A DNA stretch of 64,000 nucleotides from an uncultured delta proteobacterium (GCA_963733195.1 CAVTCR010000012.1:41529-105528), one strand, 5' to 3'. Shown: positions 9,530-20,236, counted from the first letter of the stretch. The notes: a model not told the origin generated them from the letters alone. Numbers and translations are program-made.

Positions 9530-12040
9530 ATGTCCACTGTCCACCGCGAACGACTGGTTGTGGTTGGGAACGGCATGGCGGGCGCACGGGTTGTCGAAGA
9601 AATCCTGCAACGTGACGCGCAACGTTTCAGCATTACCATGTTCGGCGCGGAACCCTATGGCAATTATAATCGTATTCTCCTCTCCAACGTGCTGAATGGC
9701 TCTCAGAAAATGGAGGAGATCTTCCTTAATCCTCTCGCTTGGTACGAACAGAATTGCGTCACATTACATGCTGGTGTCAAAGCGACGCTGATCAATCGCT
9801 CAAAACGGGTTGTCGCCGGCAATCCTTTACGACGTGAGGCATCTCCGTATGGACTCGATGGCTGCGACCCACACGGGATGGCGATCGAAGAACCATACGA
9901 TAAAGTCATTATTGCAACCGGCTCGCGTCCGTTCATCCCACCACTCGAAGGGATGGACAAACCAGGAACATTCCTCTTTCGCACGATCGACGACTGCGAG
10001 CAGATCGCGGAATACGCAAAAGGTTGTCGCAAAGCTGTGGTGGTAGGTGGTGGTCTGTTGGGTCTCGAAGCAGCCCGAGGCCTCCTCACCCACGGGGTCG
10101 AGGTAACGGTGATTGAAGCGCTGCCTCAGCTCATGGCCGCGCAACTCGACCCCGAATCGGGTGAGATGTTGAAGACCACGATCGAGCAGATGGGCATTCG
10201 CGTTCTTCTGGCTAAATTCTCTTCGCAGATTCTTGGCGCAGAGCGGGTCACTGGCATACAATTCAACGACGGCACAACGCTCGACACCGACATGGTCGTA
10301 GTCAGTGCGGGCATTCGCCCGATCACGGAAATTGCCAAGGATTCAGGTCTGACCGTCGAGCGCGGTATTGTCTGTGATGATCAACTTCGTACTAGCGACC
10401 CTGACATCTTTGCCGTTGGTGAATGTGTCCAGCATCGTGGAGTGATCTACGGTTTGGTCGATCCCATTTGGCAACAGGCAAAAACTATCGCCGATGTGTT
10501 AACAGGCACCGATCCACGGGCAGCATATCAGGGGTCAAAGCTCGCGACTAAACTGAAAGTGATGGGCGTTGAACTCGCGTCGATGGGAGATGCCAAAGCT
10601 GTGCAGCCTGACGACGAGGTCGTGATCTACCGCGAACCCTCGCGTGGCGTCTACAAAAAAATGGTCATCCGCGACAACAAACTGACCAACGCAATTCTCT
10701 TAGGAGAAACCGATACGGCTGGCGTCCTAACCCAGATGTTCACGCTCGAAGCCGCAGTACCAGAACGACGTGCAGACCTCTTGTTTGGCACGTCGAGCGG
10801 TGCGCCAATCCTGTCGGTGTTCGATTTGCCGGATCAAGCGCAGATTTGTAACTGCAACGGCGTCGCCAAAGGCAAGATCAAAGACGCGATCATGATCGGC
10901 AAGTGTAAATCAGTCTCGAAAGTCGGCGTGCATACCAAGGCAGGCACCGGCTGTGGGAGTTGCAAAAGTCTGATTCTGCAATTGTTGGAGGTCTACGCGG
11001 GCGAAGTACAAGACGATCCCAGCGAGCACTACTATGTACCGGGAGTTCCACTCACTAAGCCAGAATTGATTACTGCTATCAAAGCGCAAAGCCTCAAGAG
11101 TGTGAGTGCGGTGTTTCGTGCACTTGCTGGTGGCAAAGAAGATCCGGGTAGTAAACCTGGACTTGCCTCGTTACTCAAATCACTCTGGCCGCATGACTAC
11201 GAAGACGAGCGTGATGCTCGCTTCATCAACGACCGCGTACACGCAAACATTCAACGCGACGCCACGTTCAGCGTCGTTCCGCGTATCTACGGTGGAGTCA
11301 CCTCAGCTGCGGAACTCAAGCGCATCGCCGAAGTCGCGGAAAAATACCACGTCCCGATGGTCAAGTTTACCGGTGGTCAACGTATCGACCTGCTAGGCAT
11401 CAAAAAAGAAGACTTGCCAGCAGTATGGAAGGATCTCGGTATACCAAGCGGCCACGCCTACACCAAAGCGTTTCGTACCTGCAAAAGTTGCGTTGGTACT
11501 GATTTTTGTCGCTATGGTCTAGGAGATTCTATCGGTCTCTCGCAGAAAATCGAGCGCCGTTTTCAGGGCATCGAGTCGCCACACAAGATGAAGCTCGCAA
11601 CCACCGGCTGTCCGCGTAATTGCTCAGAAGCGTACGTCAAAGATCTCGGCGCGGTCGCGATCGAGGGCGGACAATGGGAAATTTATGTTGGTGGTGCAGC
11701 CGGCAGTTCGGTACGGAAAGGCGATCTGCTGTGCACGGTCAATACGCATGATGAAGTCTTGAAGTTTATGGGGCGCTTCATGCAGTACTACCGCGAGAAC
11801 GGCAAGTACCTGGAACGTAGTTACGGCTTTGTTGAACGTCTTGGAATCGAACGTTTACGTGACGTGCTTGTTGAAGATACGGAAGGAATCTGCGCACGAC
11901 TCGATGCGGAGATTGAGGCCGCAGTCGCTGCCTATAAAGACCCGTGGCTGGAAGCAATCGAGCCTGTTCACGTCAGCCAGTTTGCTGATCCTGTTCCCGT
12001 CGCTGCAACAACCAGCCAGTCACAAGAGACGCTTTCATGA
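9530..12040 (+). CDS. nirB: Assimilatory NAD(P)H nitrite reductase large subunit (siroheme)
   Basis: GNGMAG and GGGLLG Rossmann motifs, ICNCNGV...GTGCGSC BFD [2Fe-2S], CKSCVGTDFC and GCPRNC siroheme/[4Fe-4S] ligands. Confidence 0.95.
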   Translation: MSTVHRERLVVVGNGMAGARVVEEILQRDAQRFSITMFGAEPYGNYNRILLSNVLNGSQKMEEIFLNPLAWYEQNCVTLHAGVKATLINRSKRVVAGNPLRREASPYGLDGCDPHGMAIEEPYDKVIIATGSRPFIPPLEGMDKPGTFLFRTIDDCEQIAEYAKGCRKAVVVGGGLLGLEAARGLLTHGVEVTVIEALPQLMAAQLDPESGEMLKTTIEQMGIRVLLAKFSSQILGAERVTGIQFNDGTTLDTDMVVVSAGIRPITEIAKDSGLTVERGIVCDDQLRTSDPDIFAVGECVQHRGVIYGLVDPIWQQAKTIADVLTGTDPRAAYQGSKLATKLKVMGVELASMGDAKAVQPDDEVVIYREPSRGVYKKMVIRDNKLTNAILLGETDTAGVLTQMFTLEAAVPERRADLLFGTSSGAPILSVFDLPDQAQICNCNGVAKGKIKDAIMIGKCKSVSKVGVHTKAGTGCGSCKSLILQLLEVYAGEVQDDPSEHYYVPGVPLTKPELITAIKAQSLKSVSAVFRALAGGKEDPGSKPGLASLLKSLWPHDYEDERDARFINDRVHANIQRDATFSVVPRIYGGVTSAAELKRIAEVAEKYHVPMVKFTGGQRIDLLGIKKEDLPAVWKDLGIPSGHAYTKAFRTCKSCVGTDFCRYGLGDSIGLSQKIERRFQGIESPHKMKLATTGCPRNCSEAYVKDLGAVAIEGGQWEIYVGGAAGSSVRKGDLLCTVNTHDEVLKFMGRFMQYYRENGKYLERSYGFVERLGIERLRDVLVEDTEGICARLDAEIEAAVAAYKDPWLEAIEPVHVSQFADPVPVAATTSQSQETLS

Positions 12041-12075
12041 GTCTGCATACCCTTCAGAGAAGTGGAGGGCAAGCC

Positions 12076-12405
12076 ATGGCCCTACAGCAACCTTCTCCAA
12101 AACGATTAGTAAATCTCGGTTCAGTAGACTTCATTCCGCTTGGCGAAGGGCGCGCATATAAGGTCGGAGACGTAGGCATCGCAGTCTTTCGTCAACGTGA
12201 CGGAAAACTGTTCGCGACTCAAAGTCAATGCCCGCATCGTCAAGGGCCTTTGGCTGACGGCATTGTTGGTGCAGGAACAGTGATTTGCCCGTTTCACGCC
12301 TGGAAGTTTGACCTCGCGACCGGTCGTTGTGCTGGGGAAGAAGTCACGTTGCTCACGTTTCCAGTCCACGAACTCGAAGGTCGCCTCATCATTGAAATCG
12401 AGTAA
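12076..12405 (+). CDS. nirD: Nitrite reductase small subunit (Rieske)
   Basis: CPHRQGPL...CPFHAW Rieske motifs; directly after nirB. Confidence 0.9.
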   Translation: MALQQPSPKRLVNLGSVDFIPLGEGRAYKVGDVGIAVFRQRDGKLFATQSQCPHRQGPLADGIVGAGTVICPFHAWKFDLATGRCAGEEVTLLTFPVHELEGRLIIEIE

Positions 12406-12414
12406 CTCGCAACT

Positions 12415-13644
12415 ATGAATCTACAAAAATCCGCGACTGCTATCGTGTCAATATTGGCCCTCGACCGCACCGCCGCCACTGCCGCACTAGTGGCCGGTGG
12501 ACTCGTCACCCTTTTCATCATTATCGGCTCGCAAGGACTCAGACATTTCGACTGGATGCTACTTCACTACGCATTAGCAACCGTGTTTGCCATCGCCGCC
12601 AGCACCTACCGTATCGTGCTGTGGATACGGCGTCCGCCCACGCTCCGTTATTGGCAGCAAAACTGGCGGCTGTTTCGCAGCGGTGGAATTATACAGAACA
12701 GTATCTATCTCGGTCAGTTGCTGTTCAACAATGTTGGCACCCAGAAATTCATCGCGCAACGTAGCCGCTATCGTTGGTTTACGCACCTGTGCCTGTCCTG
12801 GGGTGGCATGCTGGCTTTTGCCATTACCTTCCCCTTGGTGTTCGGTTGGGTGCATTTCGAGACCCCGCCCGACGATCTGGAAAAGTATCATGTCGTGTTC
12901 CTAGGTATGCACGTACAAGAGTTCTCGATCCACTCGCTCATCGCGTTTGTCACTTTCAATGCGCTCAACATCTCCGCCATTATCATGCTGATTGGCGTTT
13001 CGATGGCACTCTACCGCCGCCTAACTGATGGCGGAGCCATTGCGTTGCAACGCTTCAGCAATGACATCCTGCCACTCCTCCTGCTTTTCGTCGTCGCCGC
13101 CAGTGGATTAGGACTCACGATTAGTGCGCATTTCATGAATGGACGAGGGTTCCCTTTTATCGCTGCCACCCACGCCGCATCAGTCATCATTCTTCTGCTC
13201 TCGTTACCGTTCGGTAAGTTGTTTCACATTTTTCAGCGTCCTGCCCATATCGGCGTTGGCTTCTACAAGCGTGCGGGACAAATGGGGCAGCAGGCTCACT
13301 GCGGACGTTGTGGCGAGGCGTTCGCCTCACAAATACATGTCGATGACCTCAAGCAAGTGTTCGCTGAACTCGGCATGGATTCTCACTTAGACGGTCCGGT
13401 AACGCATTATCAAGAGATTTGTCCTCCCTGTCGCCGTCGATTATTAGCGCTCAACCAAGGCAAGACGATGTCAGGGCTGAAGAATCAATGGACAGGGATA
13501 GAGGCGTTGGTGAACCACGAGTTAGAAGCTGAATGGGAGAATGGGCGAACGGGTGATTCGGCGCAAGAAATTTCGTCTCCTTCCTTCGCCCACTCGCTCA
13601 GTCGCCCAGTCGCCCAGTCTCGGGTGGATATTCCAGCAACATAA
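12415..13644 (+). CDS. Multi-TM membrane protein, NarI/DsrM-like cytochrome b with C-terminal CxxC..CxxC
   Basis: About 6 TM helices; candidate heme His in RWFTHL, ATHAAS, PFGKLFHIFQRP; HCGRCG...ICPPCRR tail. Confidence 0.6.
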   Translation: MNLQKSATAIVSILALDRTAATAALVAGGLVTLFIIIGSQGLRHFDWMLLHYALATVFAIAASTYRIVLWIRRPPTLRYWQQNWRLFRSGGIIQNSIYLGQLLFNNVGTQKFIAQRSRYRWFTHLCLSWGGMLAFAITFPLVFGWVHFETPPDDLEKYHVVFLGMHVQEFSIHSLIAFVTFNALNISAIIMLIGVSMALYRRLTDGGAIALQRFSNDILPLLLLFVVAASGLGLTISAHFMNGRGFPFIAATHAASVIILLLSLPFGKLFHIFQRPAHIGVGFYKRAGQMGQQAHCGRCGEAFASQIHVDDLKQVFAELGMDSHLDGPVTHYQEICPPCRRRLLALNQGKTMSGLKNQWTGIEALVNHELEAEWENGRTGDSAQEISSPSFAHSLSRPVAQSRVDIPAT

Positions 13645-13660
13645 GAGGGAAATACAGACG

Positions 13661-15885
13661 ATGGCACTGCTCCCATTCCCAGAAGAAACGTCATCGACCG
13701 TTACGGTCCGCATTTAAACTACGAACCTGCTGGCGGTTGGCAAACCAGTGGAGCGCCAGATCGTTTAGTCAAAACACATTGTTGCTTTTGCGGCGTGCAG
13801 TGTGGCATCCAACTCAAAGTACGTGATGAAAAAGTTGTTGGCTTCGAGCCGTGGACGGATTTTCCGGTGAACCAGGGTAAGCTCTGCCCTAAGGGAGTGA
13901 AGCGGTATTTACAGAACAATCACCCAGACCGCATTCTTGCGCCCTTGATTCGGACCAACGATGGCTTCCGCGAGGCGGATTGGAACGAAGCGCTGACGCA
14001 GGTGACCGAGAACATTCGCCGTATTCAGCAGACCTACGGTAAAGATGCGTTTGCGCTCCTCGGTGGTGCCTCACTTACGAATGAGAAAGCCTATCTGATG
14101 GGCAAATTTGCTCGGGTGGCACTGGGCACAGCCAATATCGATTACAACGGTCGCCTGTGTATGGTCTCGGCTGGGGCAGGCAACAAGATGGCATTCGGCA
14201 TCGACCGTGCCGCTAATCCCTGGAGCGATATTCCCCTCGCCAAATGCATTATTGTCACTGGCAGTAACATTGGTGAGTGCTTTCCGATTCTTACGGATTA
14301 TTTATGGCGGGCACGTGACAACGGTGCCAAACTCATTGTTATTGATCCACGCATAACACCGATTGCGCGTACGGCGGATCTGTTTTTGCCAGTGCGACCT
14401 GGTCGGGATAGCGCCCTCATGAACGGCATCTTGCATGTAATGATCGAGCGCGACTGGATCGACCATGAATTTATCGCTGCACACACGCTCGATTTCGAGA
14501 AGGTCCGTGAAGCTGTCGCAACCTACACACCCCAATACACCGCCGAGATTACTGGTGTACCAGCGGTAAATATTATAAAAGCCGCGGAACTGTGGGGTGA
14601 AGCGCCGACCTCGATGTTGTTACACGCACGCGGTATCGAGCACCACACCAAAGGGGTCGAGAACGTTCTCTCTTGTATCAACTTGGTGTTGGCAACCGGG
14701 CGTATTGGTCGTCCTGGTTGTGGATACGGCACCATCACGGGTCAAGGCAATGGTCAAGGTGGACGCGAGCACGGGCAACGTTGCAATCAGCTTCCCGGCG
14801 GACGCGACATCGAAAACCCACAGCATCGACAAGAGATCGCCTCGTTTTGGGGGATTCAGGAGCAGGAGCTTCCACTAAAGGGACTCACCGCAGTCGAGCT
14901 ATTTGACGCGATCAACGAAGGGAAGATCAAAGGGTTGCTCTCGATCTCTTTTAACCCAATGGTGTCGTTACCCAACGCTGCCTTAACCCGGTCAGCCTTA
15001 GAGAAGCTCGAGTTCTACGCTGCGATTGAACCATTCATGTCGGAGACTGCACGACATGCCAATGTCGTCCTCGCTGGCTCACTTCAGGAAGAAGATGAAG
15101 GAACTGTCACTAATGGTGAAGGACGCGTAATCCGCTTACGACAGTCGGTCAAACCGCCAGCCAATGCTCGGGTAGATTGGCAGATTATTGTTGAGATCGC
15201 GCAACGCTTAGGGAAAGGCGAATTCTTTCCGTATACCCAAGCTGAAGATATGTTCCGTGAACTGAGTCATGCTTCGGCTGGTGCGCCAATTGACTATGCA
15301 GGTATTACCTACAAGCGTATCGAAGAGAACAAAGGCGTCTTTTGGCCTTGTCCAACACCGGAACATCCCGGTACTCCGCGTTTATTTGAAGGTGGGAAAT
15401 TCGCACATCCAGATGGCAAGGCACGCTTCCATGCCATTCAGTACCGTCCACCGGCGGAGGATATCGACACCAACTATCCACTGTTCATGACCAGCGGACG
15501 TGTGGTGTCACAGTACTTGAGTGGTACACAAACGCGACGGATTGGTCCGCTCGTAGACCAGTATCCCAATCCGCAGGTCGAGATGCATCCCCAGCTCGCG
15601 CAGAAACTCGGAGTGAAATCCGGCGACCAAGTCCGGGTTGAAAGCCGTCGCGGTGAATTAACGTTACCCGCACTGGTAGTGAAGACAATTCGCCCAGATA
15701 CGATCTTTATTCCTTATCACTGGCCGGGCAAGCAATCGGCAAATCTTGTCACTAATCGAGTCCTGGATCCCGTTTCTAAGATTCCTGAGTTTAAAGTGTG
15801 TGCAGTCCGAGTGAGCAAGATCGGTACAATACCATCCTCTCCTCTCAATGGCAGCGGTCACCACTTGGAAAGAAATAACCTATGA
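13661..15885 (+). CDS. nasA: Mo-bisPGD nitrate reductase catalytic subunit (NasA/NarB-like); 1-base frameshift near 13687
   Basis: RBS+ATG at 13661; shifted frame gives [12 protein letters not shown]...GKLCPKG [4Fe-4S] motif; NGRLCM Mo-ligand Cys; [11 protein letters not shown]; no Tat signal. Confidence 0.85.
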
Positions 15886-16469
15886 GCATGGAATTCTTTG
15901 TTGACCCATCACGCTGTATTGGCTGTCAAGCGTGTTTCCATGCTTGCGCGGAGTGTGAAAGTCATCGTGGCATTTCGATGATCCACCTCGACTTTGTTGA
16001 CCGCTCCAGTTCTCCACAAACCACACCAACTGTATGCATGCACTGTGAAGATCCAACGTGCGCACGCGTATGTCCTGCTGATGCGATCAAACAAACCGCA
16101 GAAGGTATCGTGCAATCAGCGCTCAAGCCACGCTGCATCGGTTGCTCGAACTGTGTGTTGTCCTGCCCCTTTGGGGTGCCGCGCTACATGCCAGCGCAAG
16201 ATCAGATGATGAAGTGCGACATGTGTTACGATCGCACTTCAGTAGGATTAACCCCTATGTGCGCCACAGTCTGTCCAAGTGGTGCATTATACTACGGCCC
16301 TCGCGAGACGGTTGTGCAGACGCGGCGCGAAACATCTACTAACACCTTCGTGTTTGGCCGTCGGGTCGTGAAGACTAAAGTGAGCATGATGGTCGGACAA
16401 GAAGCCGAAGCATTGGATATCGATGTTGCCAGCTTTATGGAGGGGTCTGGGCTAGGAACTGGGAGTTAG
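15882..16469 (+). CDS. Multi-[4Fe-4S] electron-transfer subunit (DmsB/NrfC family)
   Basis: [42 protein letters not shown]...CATVCP. Confidence 0.9.
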   Translation: MSMEFFVDPSRCIGCQACFHACAECESHRGISMIHLDFVDRSSSPQTTPTVCMHCEDPTCARVCPADAIKQTAEGIVQSALKPRCIGCSNCVLSCPFGVPRYMPAQDQMMKCDMCYDRTSVGLTPMCATVCPSGALYYGPRETVVQTRRETSTNTFVFGRRVVKTKVSMMVGQEAEALDIDVASFMEGSGLGTGS

Positions 16470-16497
16470 GATTTGGGATTTAGCAAGGAAAAAGCCA

Positions 16498-17046
16498 ATG
16501 GATGCAAACTATCACGCTATGTCACCTTCCGTCTCACACAGCACAGAAAACCAATCCCCAATCCCCAATCCCCAATCTGCTGCCTTCCCCATCCCGTGGG
16601 AAGAAGAGCAGACCGTGACACGTCGGACTTTTCTGTCGTTTGTGTTGCTGCTCTCAACCACCCTTCTCGCAAGTACTGGTCTCCTTGGTCTCGTCGATTG
16701 GTTGCGCCGCAGGTCAGTTTCTCAGCTTGCGCCTGCGCTGATCGCATCGGTCCAGGATGTTCCGGTCGGCGGTGTAAAGCTGTTTTCCTATCCGACTGCT
16801 CATGATCCTTGTCTGCTCATTCGTCTCTCACAAGACCAGTTTGTCGCCTACAGCCAGAAGTGCACCCATCTATCCTGCCCGGTCACCTACAAAGCACAAG
16901 AGAAAGAATTTTTCTGTCCGTGTCACGCTGGGCGTTTTGCGTTAGAGGATGGGCGCGTGCTTGGAGGTCCACCGCAACGGCCACTCCCGAGCATTCTCCT
17001 CAACATCTCTGGTAACGAGATTTGGGCGACTGGAGTACGAGTATGA
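16498..17046 (+). CDS. Membrane-anchored Rieske [2Fe-2S] protein (QcrA/PetC-like)
   Basis: TRRTFL twin-Arg plus TM helix; CTHLSC and CPCHAG; GPPQRPL. Confidence 0.88.
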   Translation: MDANYHAMSPSVSHSTENQSPIPNPQSAAFPIPWEEEQTVTRRTFLSFVLLLSTTLLASTGLLGLVDWLRRRSVSQLAPALIASVQDVPVGGVKLFSYPTAHDPCLLIRLSQDQFVAYSQKCTHLSCPVTYKAQEKEFFCPCHAGRFALEDGRVLGGPPQRPLPSILLNISGNEIWATGVRV

Positions 17047-17282
17047 ACACTCTTCCAACGACGGCACACCAGCAACGGAACACTATTTTTTCCTTGGTCG
17101 CATTCTCGATGATCGTTTTGTTCAGTCTCCAGCTCTGGCTCTTTATCGAAGTCCTTCACGGGTCGTTAGGTAGTGAAGGAGGATATTCTTTACTGGCAAC
17201 ACTAGTTTCGGTCCTCTGTGTCGCTGGCAATTGGCAATTGTGGCATCTTCTTCATAGTAGAATTGACAACTTCAGCCGATAA
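17043..17282 (+). CDS. Small 2-TM membrane protein (DUF6755-like)
   Basis: 79 aa, two hydrophobic helices, LQLWL motif, ATGA overlap with Rieske gene. Confidence 0.6.
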   Translation: MNTLPTTAHQQRNTIFSLVAFSMIVLFSLQLWLFIEVLHGSLGSEGGYSLLATLVSVLCVAGNWQLWHLLHSRIDNFSR

Positions 17283-17312
17283 ACAAGGAAAGCCTGCTAT
17301 TGAGGAGTAAAC

Positions 17313-17555
17313 ATGCAAAAGACCGCCTTCCAACCCGAACATATTGTTGATCAGGTCAAGACTTTTTTTAACGGCGTCCACGATATGTCTGATTTCTACT
17401 ACCGTATGTATATGCTGAGTGGTCTGTGTCGCACCTGTGACGGTCGCGGGTATGTAAATAACGCGGAAGAACCATGCCCGACGTGCCACTCCAGTGGCAG
17501 CAGTGACGTCTGGCGCAATGCGGCATTGGCAAAGCAGAACGAACCACACCGATAA
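17313..17555 (+). CDS. Small protein with DnaJ-type CxxCxGxG zinc-finger pair
   Basis: RBS gaggag; CRTCDGRG...CPTCHSSG. Confidence 0.6.
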   Translation: MQKTAFQPEHIVDQVKTFFNGVHDMSDFYYRMYMLSGLCRTCDGRGYVNNAEEPCPTCHSSGSSDVWRNAALAKQNEPHR

Positions 17556-17619
17556 ATGGGCAGAGAAAGGGGAGGAGTTAGCAGTGTCTTTCATGCAGAA
17601 TGATTGTGATTCGGAGGAA

Positions 17620-17784
17620 GTTACGGCTGATGCACGGATCCCACTTCGTGAGGCACAAAAGAAACAGCCCGAGCAGCTGTGGTGGACAGTACTAGATGAT
17701 CCGTCGTTTCGTCGGCTGCTTCGAGATGGACATCGTGCCGACGCAACTGCATACCTTCTTACCCAGCTAGAGAAGGAAGAATGA
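17620..17784 (+). pseudogene. Possible C-terminal remnant of precorrin-2 dehydrogenase/ferrochelatase (SirC/CysG-B)
   Basis: LWWTVLDDPSFRRLLRDGHRADATAYL resembles the helical tail of that family; stop overlaps cobA start. Confidence 0.35.
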
Positions 17785-18617
17785 CATATTCACCGGTGTA
17801 CTTGGTCGGGGCTGGGCCAGGCGATCCAGGGCTCATTACCGTTCGTGGACTGAACGCCGTACGACAAGCGACAGTCGTTATATATGATCGTTTGGTTCAC
17901 CCCTCTCTCGTAGAAGAAGCACCACCCACTGCACAGCGCATCTATGTCGGGAAAGAGTCTGGAATTCACTGTGTCCCACAAGCGCAGATCAACCAGCTCT
18001 TAGTGAAATACGCAGGGCAAGGAGAGCGGGTAGTCCGCCTCAAAGGCGGCGATCCGTTTGTCTTTGGCCGTGGTGGAGAAGAGGCTGAGGCTTTGGTTGC
18101 TATGGGAATCCCTTTCGAGATTATCCCTGGTGTCAGTTCTGCAGTCGCTGTCCCTGCGTATGCAGGCATTCCAGTCACCCATCGCAAAGTTGCCTCGTCG
18201 TTCGCTGTGATCACCGGCCACGAGGAAGGGAGCAAGGAACATACTGCGATTGATTGGCAGCGCCTCGCAACTTCCGTAGATACTCTTGTCATTCTTATGG
18301 GAACAAAAGGGCTGGGACGGATTACGGCGCAGTTGATACAGCATGGTCGCCCCCCAGAGACACCAGTAGCACTCATCCGTTGGGGAACAATGAGTGAACA
18401 GTTCACCGTAATTGGTACACTCGTAGATATTGTCGATAAAGCTGCAGCAGTTGGCCTAGAGCCACCAGCAGTCACAGTAGTCGGAGATGTCGTCAATCTC
18501 GCCGAGCGGTTGCGTGGTTTTTCCCTCAGGCGCTGCCTTCTTCCTTATCTGTCATCCCTGATGACACGGGGTTCCTCAATTCGACCGTCAAGGGTTGGCA
18601 TCTGTGGTTTGATTTAG
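17781..18617 (+). CDS. cobA: Uroporphyrinogen-III C-methyltransferase (SUMT)
   Basis: VYLVGAGPGDPGLIT, VVRLKGGDPFVFGRGGEE, PGVSS, GIPVTHR. Confidence 0.93.
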   Translation: MTYSPVYLVGAGPGDPGLITVRGLNAVRQATVVIYDRLVHPSLVEEAPPTAQRIYVGKESGIHCVPQAQINQLLVKYAGQGERVVRLKGGDPFVFGRGGEEAEALVAMGIPFEIIPGVSSAVAVPAYAGIPVTHRKVASSFAVITGHEEGSKEHTAIDWQRLATSVDTLVILMGTKGLGRITAQLIQHGRPPETPVALIRWGTMSEQFTVIGTLVDIVDKAAAVGLEPPAVTVVGDVVNLAERLRGFSLRRCLLPYLSSLMTRGSSIRPSRVGICGLI

Positions 18618-18646
18618 TCCAACTACACCTTTGCTGTGACAAGAAG

Positions 18647-19368
18647 TCACTTGCGGTGTGCCACAATCAACTGCGCAATACCACCGGAGAGTTGATGACG
18701 GACACCTGCTGAAATCCAGCCTGCTCAATTATCACAGCAAAATCCTTCGGGTTCGGAAGATAGGAAACTGAACGCGGCAAGTAGGCATACGCTTGACTAT
18801 CTGAAAGCAGGGCACCGAGGAACGGTACAACTCGATTAAAATAAAACTGATGCCCCCAACGTAAGACCGGGTTCGCTGGGGTATCGACTTCTAGCAGAGC
18901 CAATCTCCCGCCCGGCTTCAATATGCGTGCAGCTTCGGCCAGCACCGTTGGAATCGATACAAAGTTACGCAAGGCAAAACCAGAAAGTACAACGGTTACC
19001 GAAGTGTCTGGTAGCGGAATACAACCCGCATCGGCTTGTACGAACATTGCGTTGATTCCTCGTCGTCGTGCGCCGGCAAGCATATTCCCGGCAAAATCAA
19101 CTCCTACAACTCGCGCTCCCGAGTGCGCTGCAAGTTCACTAAGGTCGCCAGTACCACACGCAAGGTCAACGACAACATCCTGTGCAGTCACTGCTGCCGC
19201 CTGAATCGTCTTGCGTCGCCATGATTGATCAAGTTGGAAGGAAAAGAGGCGGTTAAGAGTATCGTACCGTGGGGCGATGCGGTCGAACATGGTTCGTACA
19301 TATACGGCCTTTTCACTTTGTTCAGGAAGTATCTTCTCTAATTGCGGATTAACCATTTCACTCATCAT
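18647..19368 (-). CDS. ubiE: Ubiquinone/menaquinone C-methyltransferase (frameshift near 3' end)
   Basis: VRTMFDRIAPRYD, DLACGTGD, FALRN, AYAYLPRSV; shifted frame ends LSGGIAQLIVAHRK*. Confidence 0.85.
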
Positions 19369-19408
19369 TGTGTCAGTTTGCTCACAAGGAACGTAATCCT
19401 GAGGTCAT

Positions 19409-20236
19409 CTAGACGATCTTTTCGCTCGGCGTGGTGATCTTGCGCATCGGCTCGTAACGCGCGGACGGTACCCGCAGGGGGTAGAGGGTATCGCCGCCAT
19501 CCCAGTGCGGATCTTCCAAGCTATCGAACACCTCTCGCAAGCGCTGGCCCCAGGTGCTGCGGATCATCTGGAAATACGGGTTGCCGTCATCGATGCAGAC
19601 GACCTGGTTGCTGCGCAAGGCGCCCTCGCGGTAGACGAGCAGGTCAAGCGGCAGACCCACGCCCAGGTTGGATTTCAGCGTGGAATCCATCGACACCAAG
19701 GCGCACTTGGCGGCCGTGTCCAGCGGCGTGGTCGGCACGATGAGACGATCGAGCACGGGCTTGCCATATTTGGACTCGCCAAGCTGGAAGTAACAGGTTT
19801 CGCGCGTGGCCTCGATGAAATTGCCGGCTGAATACACGAGGAACATCCGCATAGCCTCGCCCTTGATCTGGCCGCCGAGAATCAGCGACGCGTTGAATTC
19901 AATGCCGGCGGTCTGGAACGCCGCGCCATCGTCGTGGTGTACCCGGCGCACGGTGGTGCCGAGCACGCGCGCGGCATCGAACATGTTGGTCGCGTTCCAG
20001 ATGGTCAGCGGTTCCTCGTCAGGGCCGCGAGCGAGTCTCTCCACTTGCAGCAACTCGCGTATGGACTGCGCCACGGACAAGTTGCCGGCCGACAGCATAA
20101 CCATAAAGCGGTCATCTGGCTTCTCGTAGATCATCATTTTCCGGAACGTGCTAATCTGGTCCATCCCCGCGTTGGTGCGCGAGTCGGACAGGAAGACCAG
20201 CCCAGCATTGAGTCGGATGCCAATGCAATAGGTCAT
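19409..20236 (-). CDS. Anbu proteasome-type Ntn peptidase
   Basis: MTYC (Thr1 nucleophile), SDSRTNAG, AGNL, GNFIEA, QLGESKYGKPVLDR, SMDSTLKSNLGVGLPLD. Confidence 0.92.
   Translation of the reverse strand: MTYCIGIRLNAGLVFLSDSRTNAGMDQISTFRKMMIYEKPDDRFMVMLSAGNLSVAQSIRELLQVERLARGPDEEPLTIWNATNMFDAARVLGTTVRRVHHDDGAAFQTAGIEFNASLILGGQIKGEAMRMFLVYSAGNFIEATRETCYFQLGESKYGKPVLDRLIVPTTPLDTAAKCALVSMDSTLKSNLGVGLPLDLLVYREGALRSNQVVCIDDGNPYFQMIRSTWGQRLREVFDSLEDPHWDGGDTLYPLRVPSARYEPMRKITTPSEKIV

Noticed and set aside
12415-15885. Readthrough fusion of the membrane protein and nitrate reductase (same frame across TAA 13642)
   Set aside because: An RBS and ATG at 13661 with a plausible N-terminus explain it with one missing base
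16550-16577. Short tandem repeats as a CRISPR array
   Set aside because: 7-bp units with no spacers; no 25-45-bp spaced repeats or cas genes anywhere in the window
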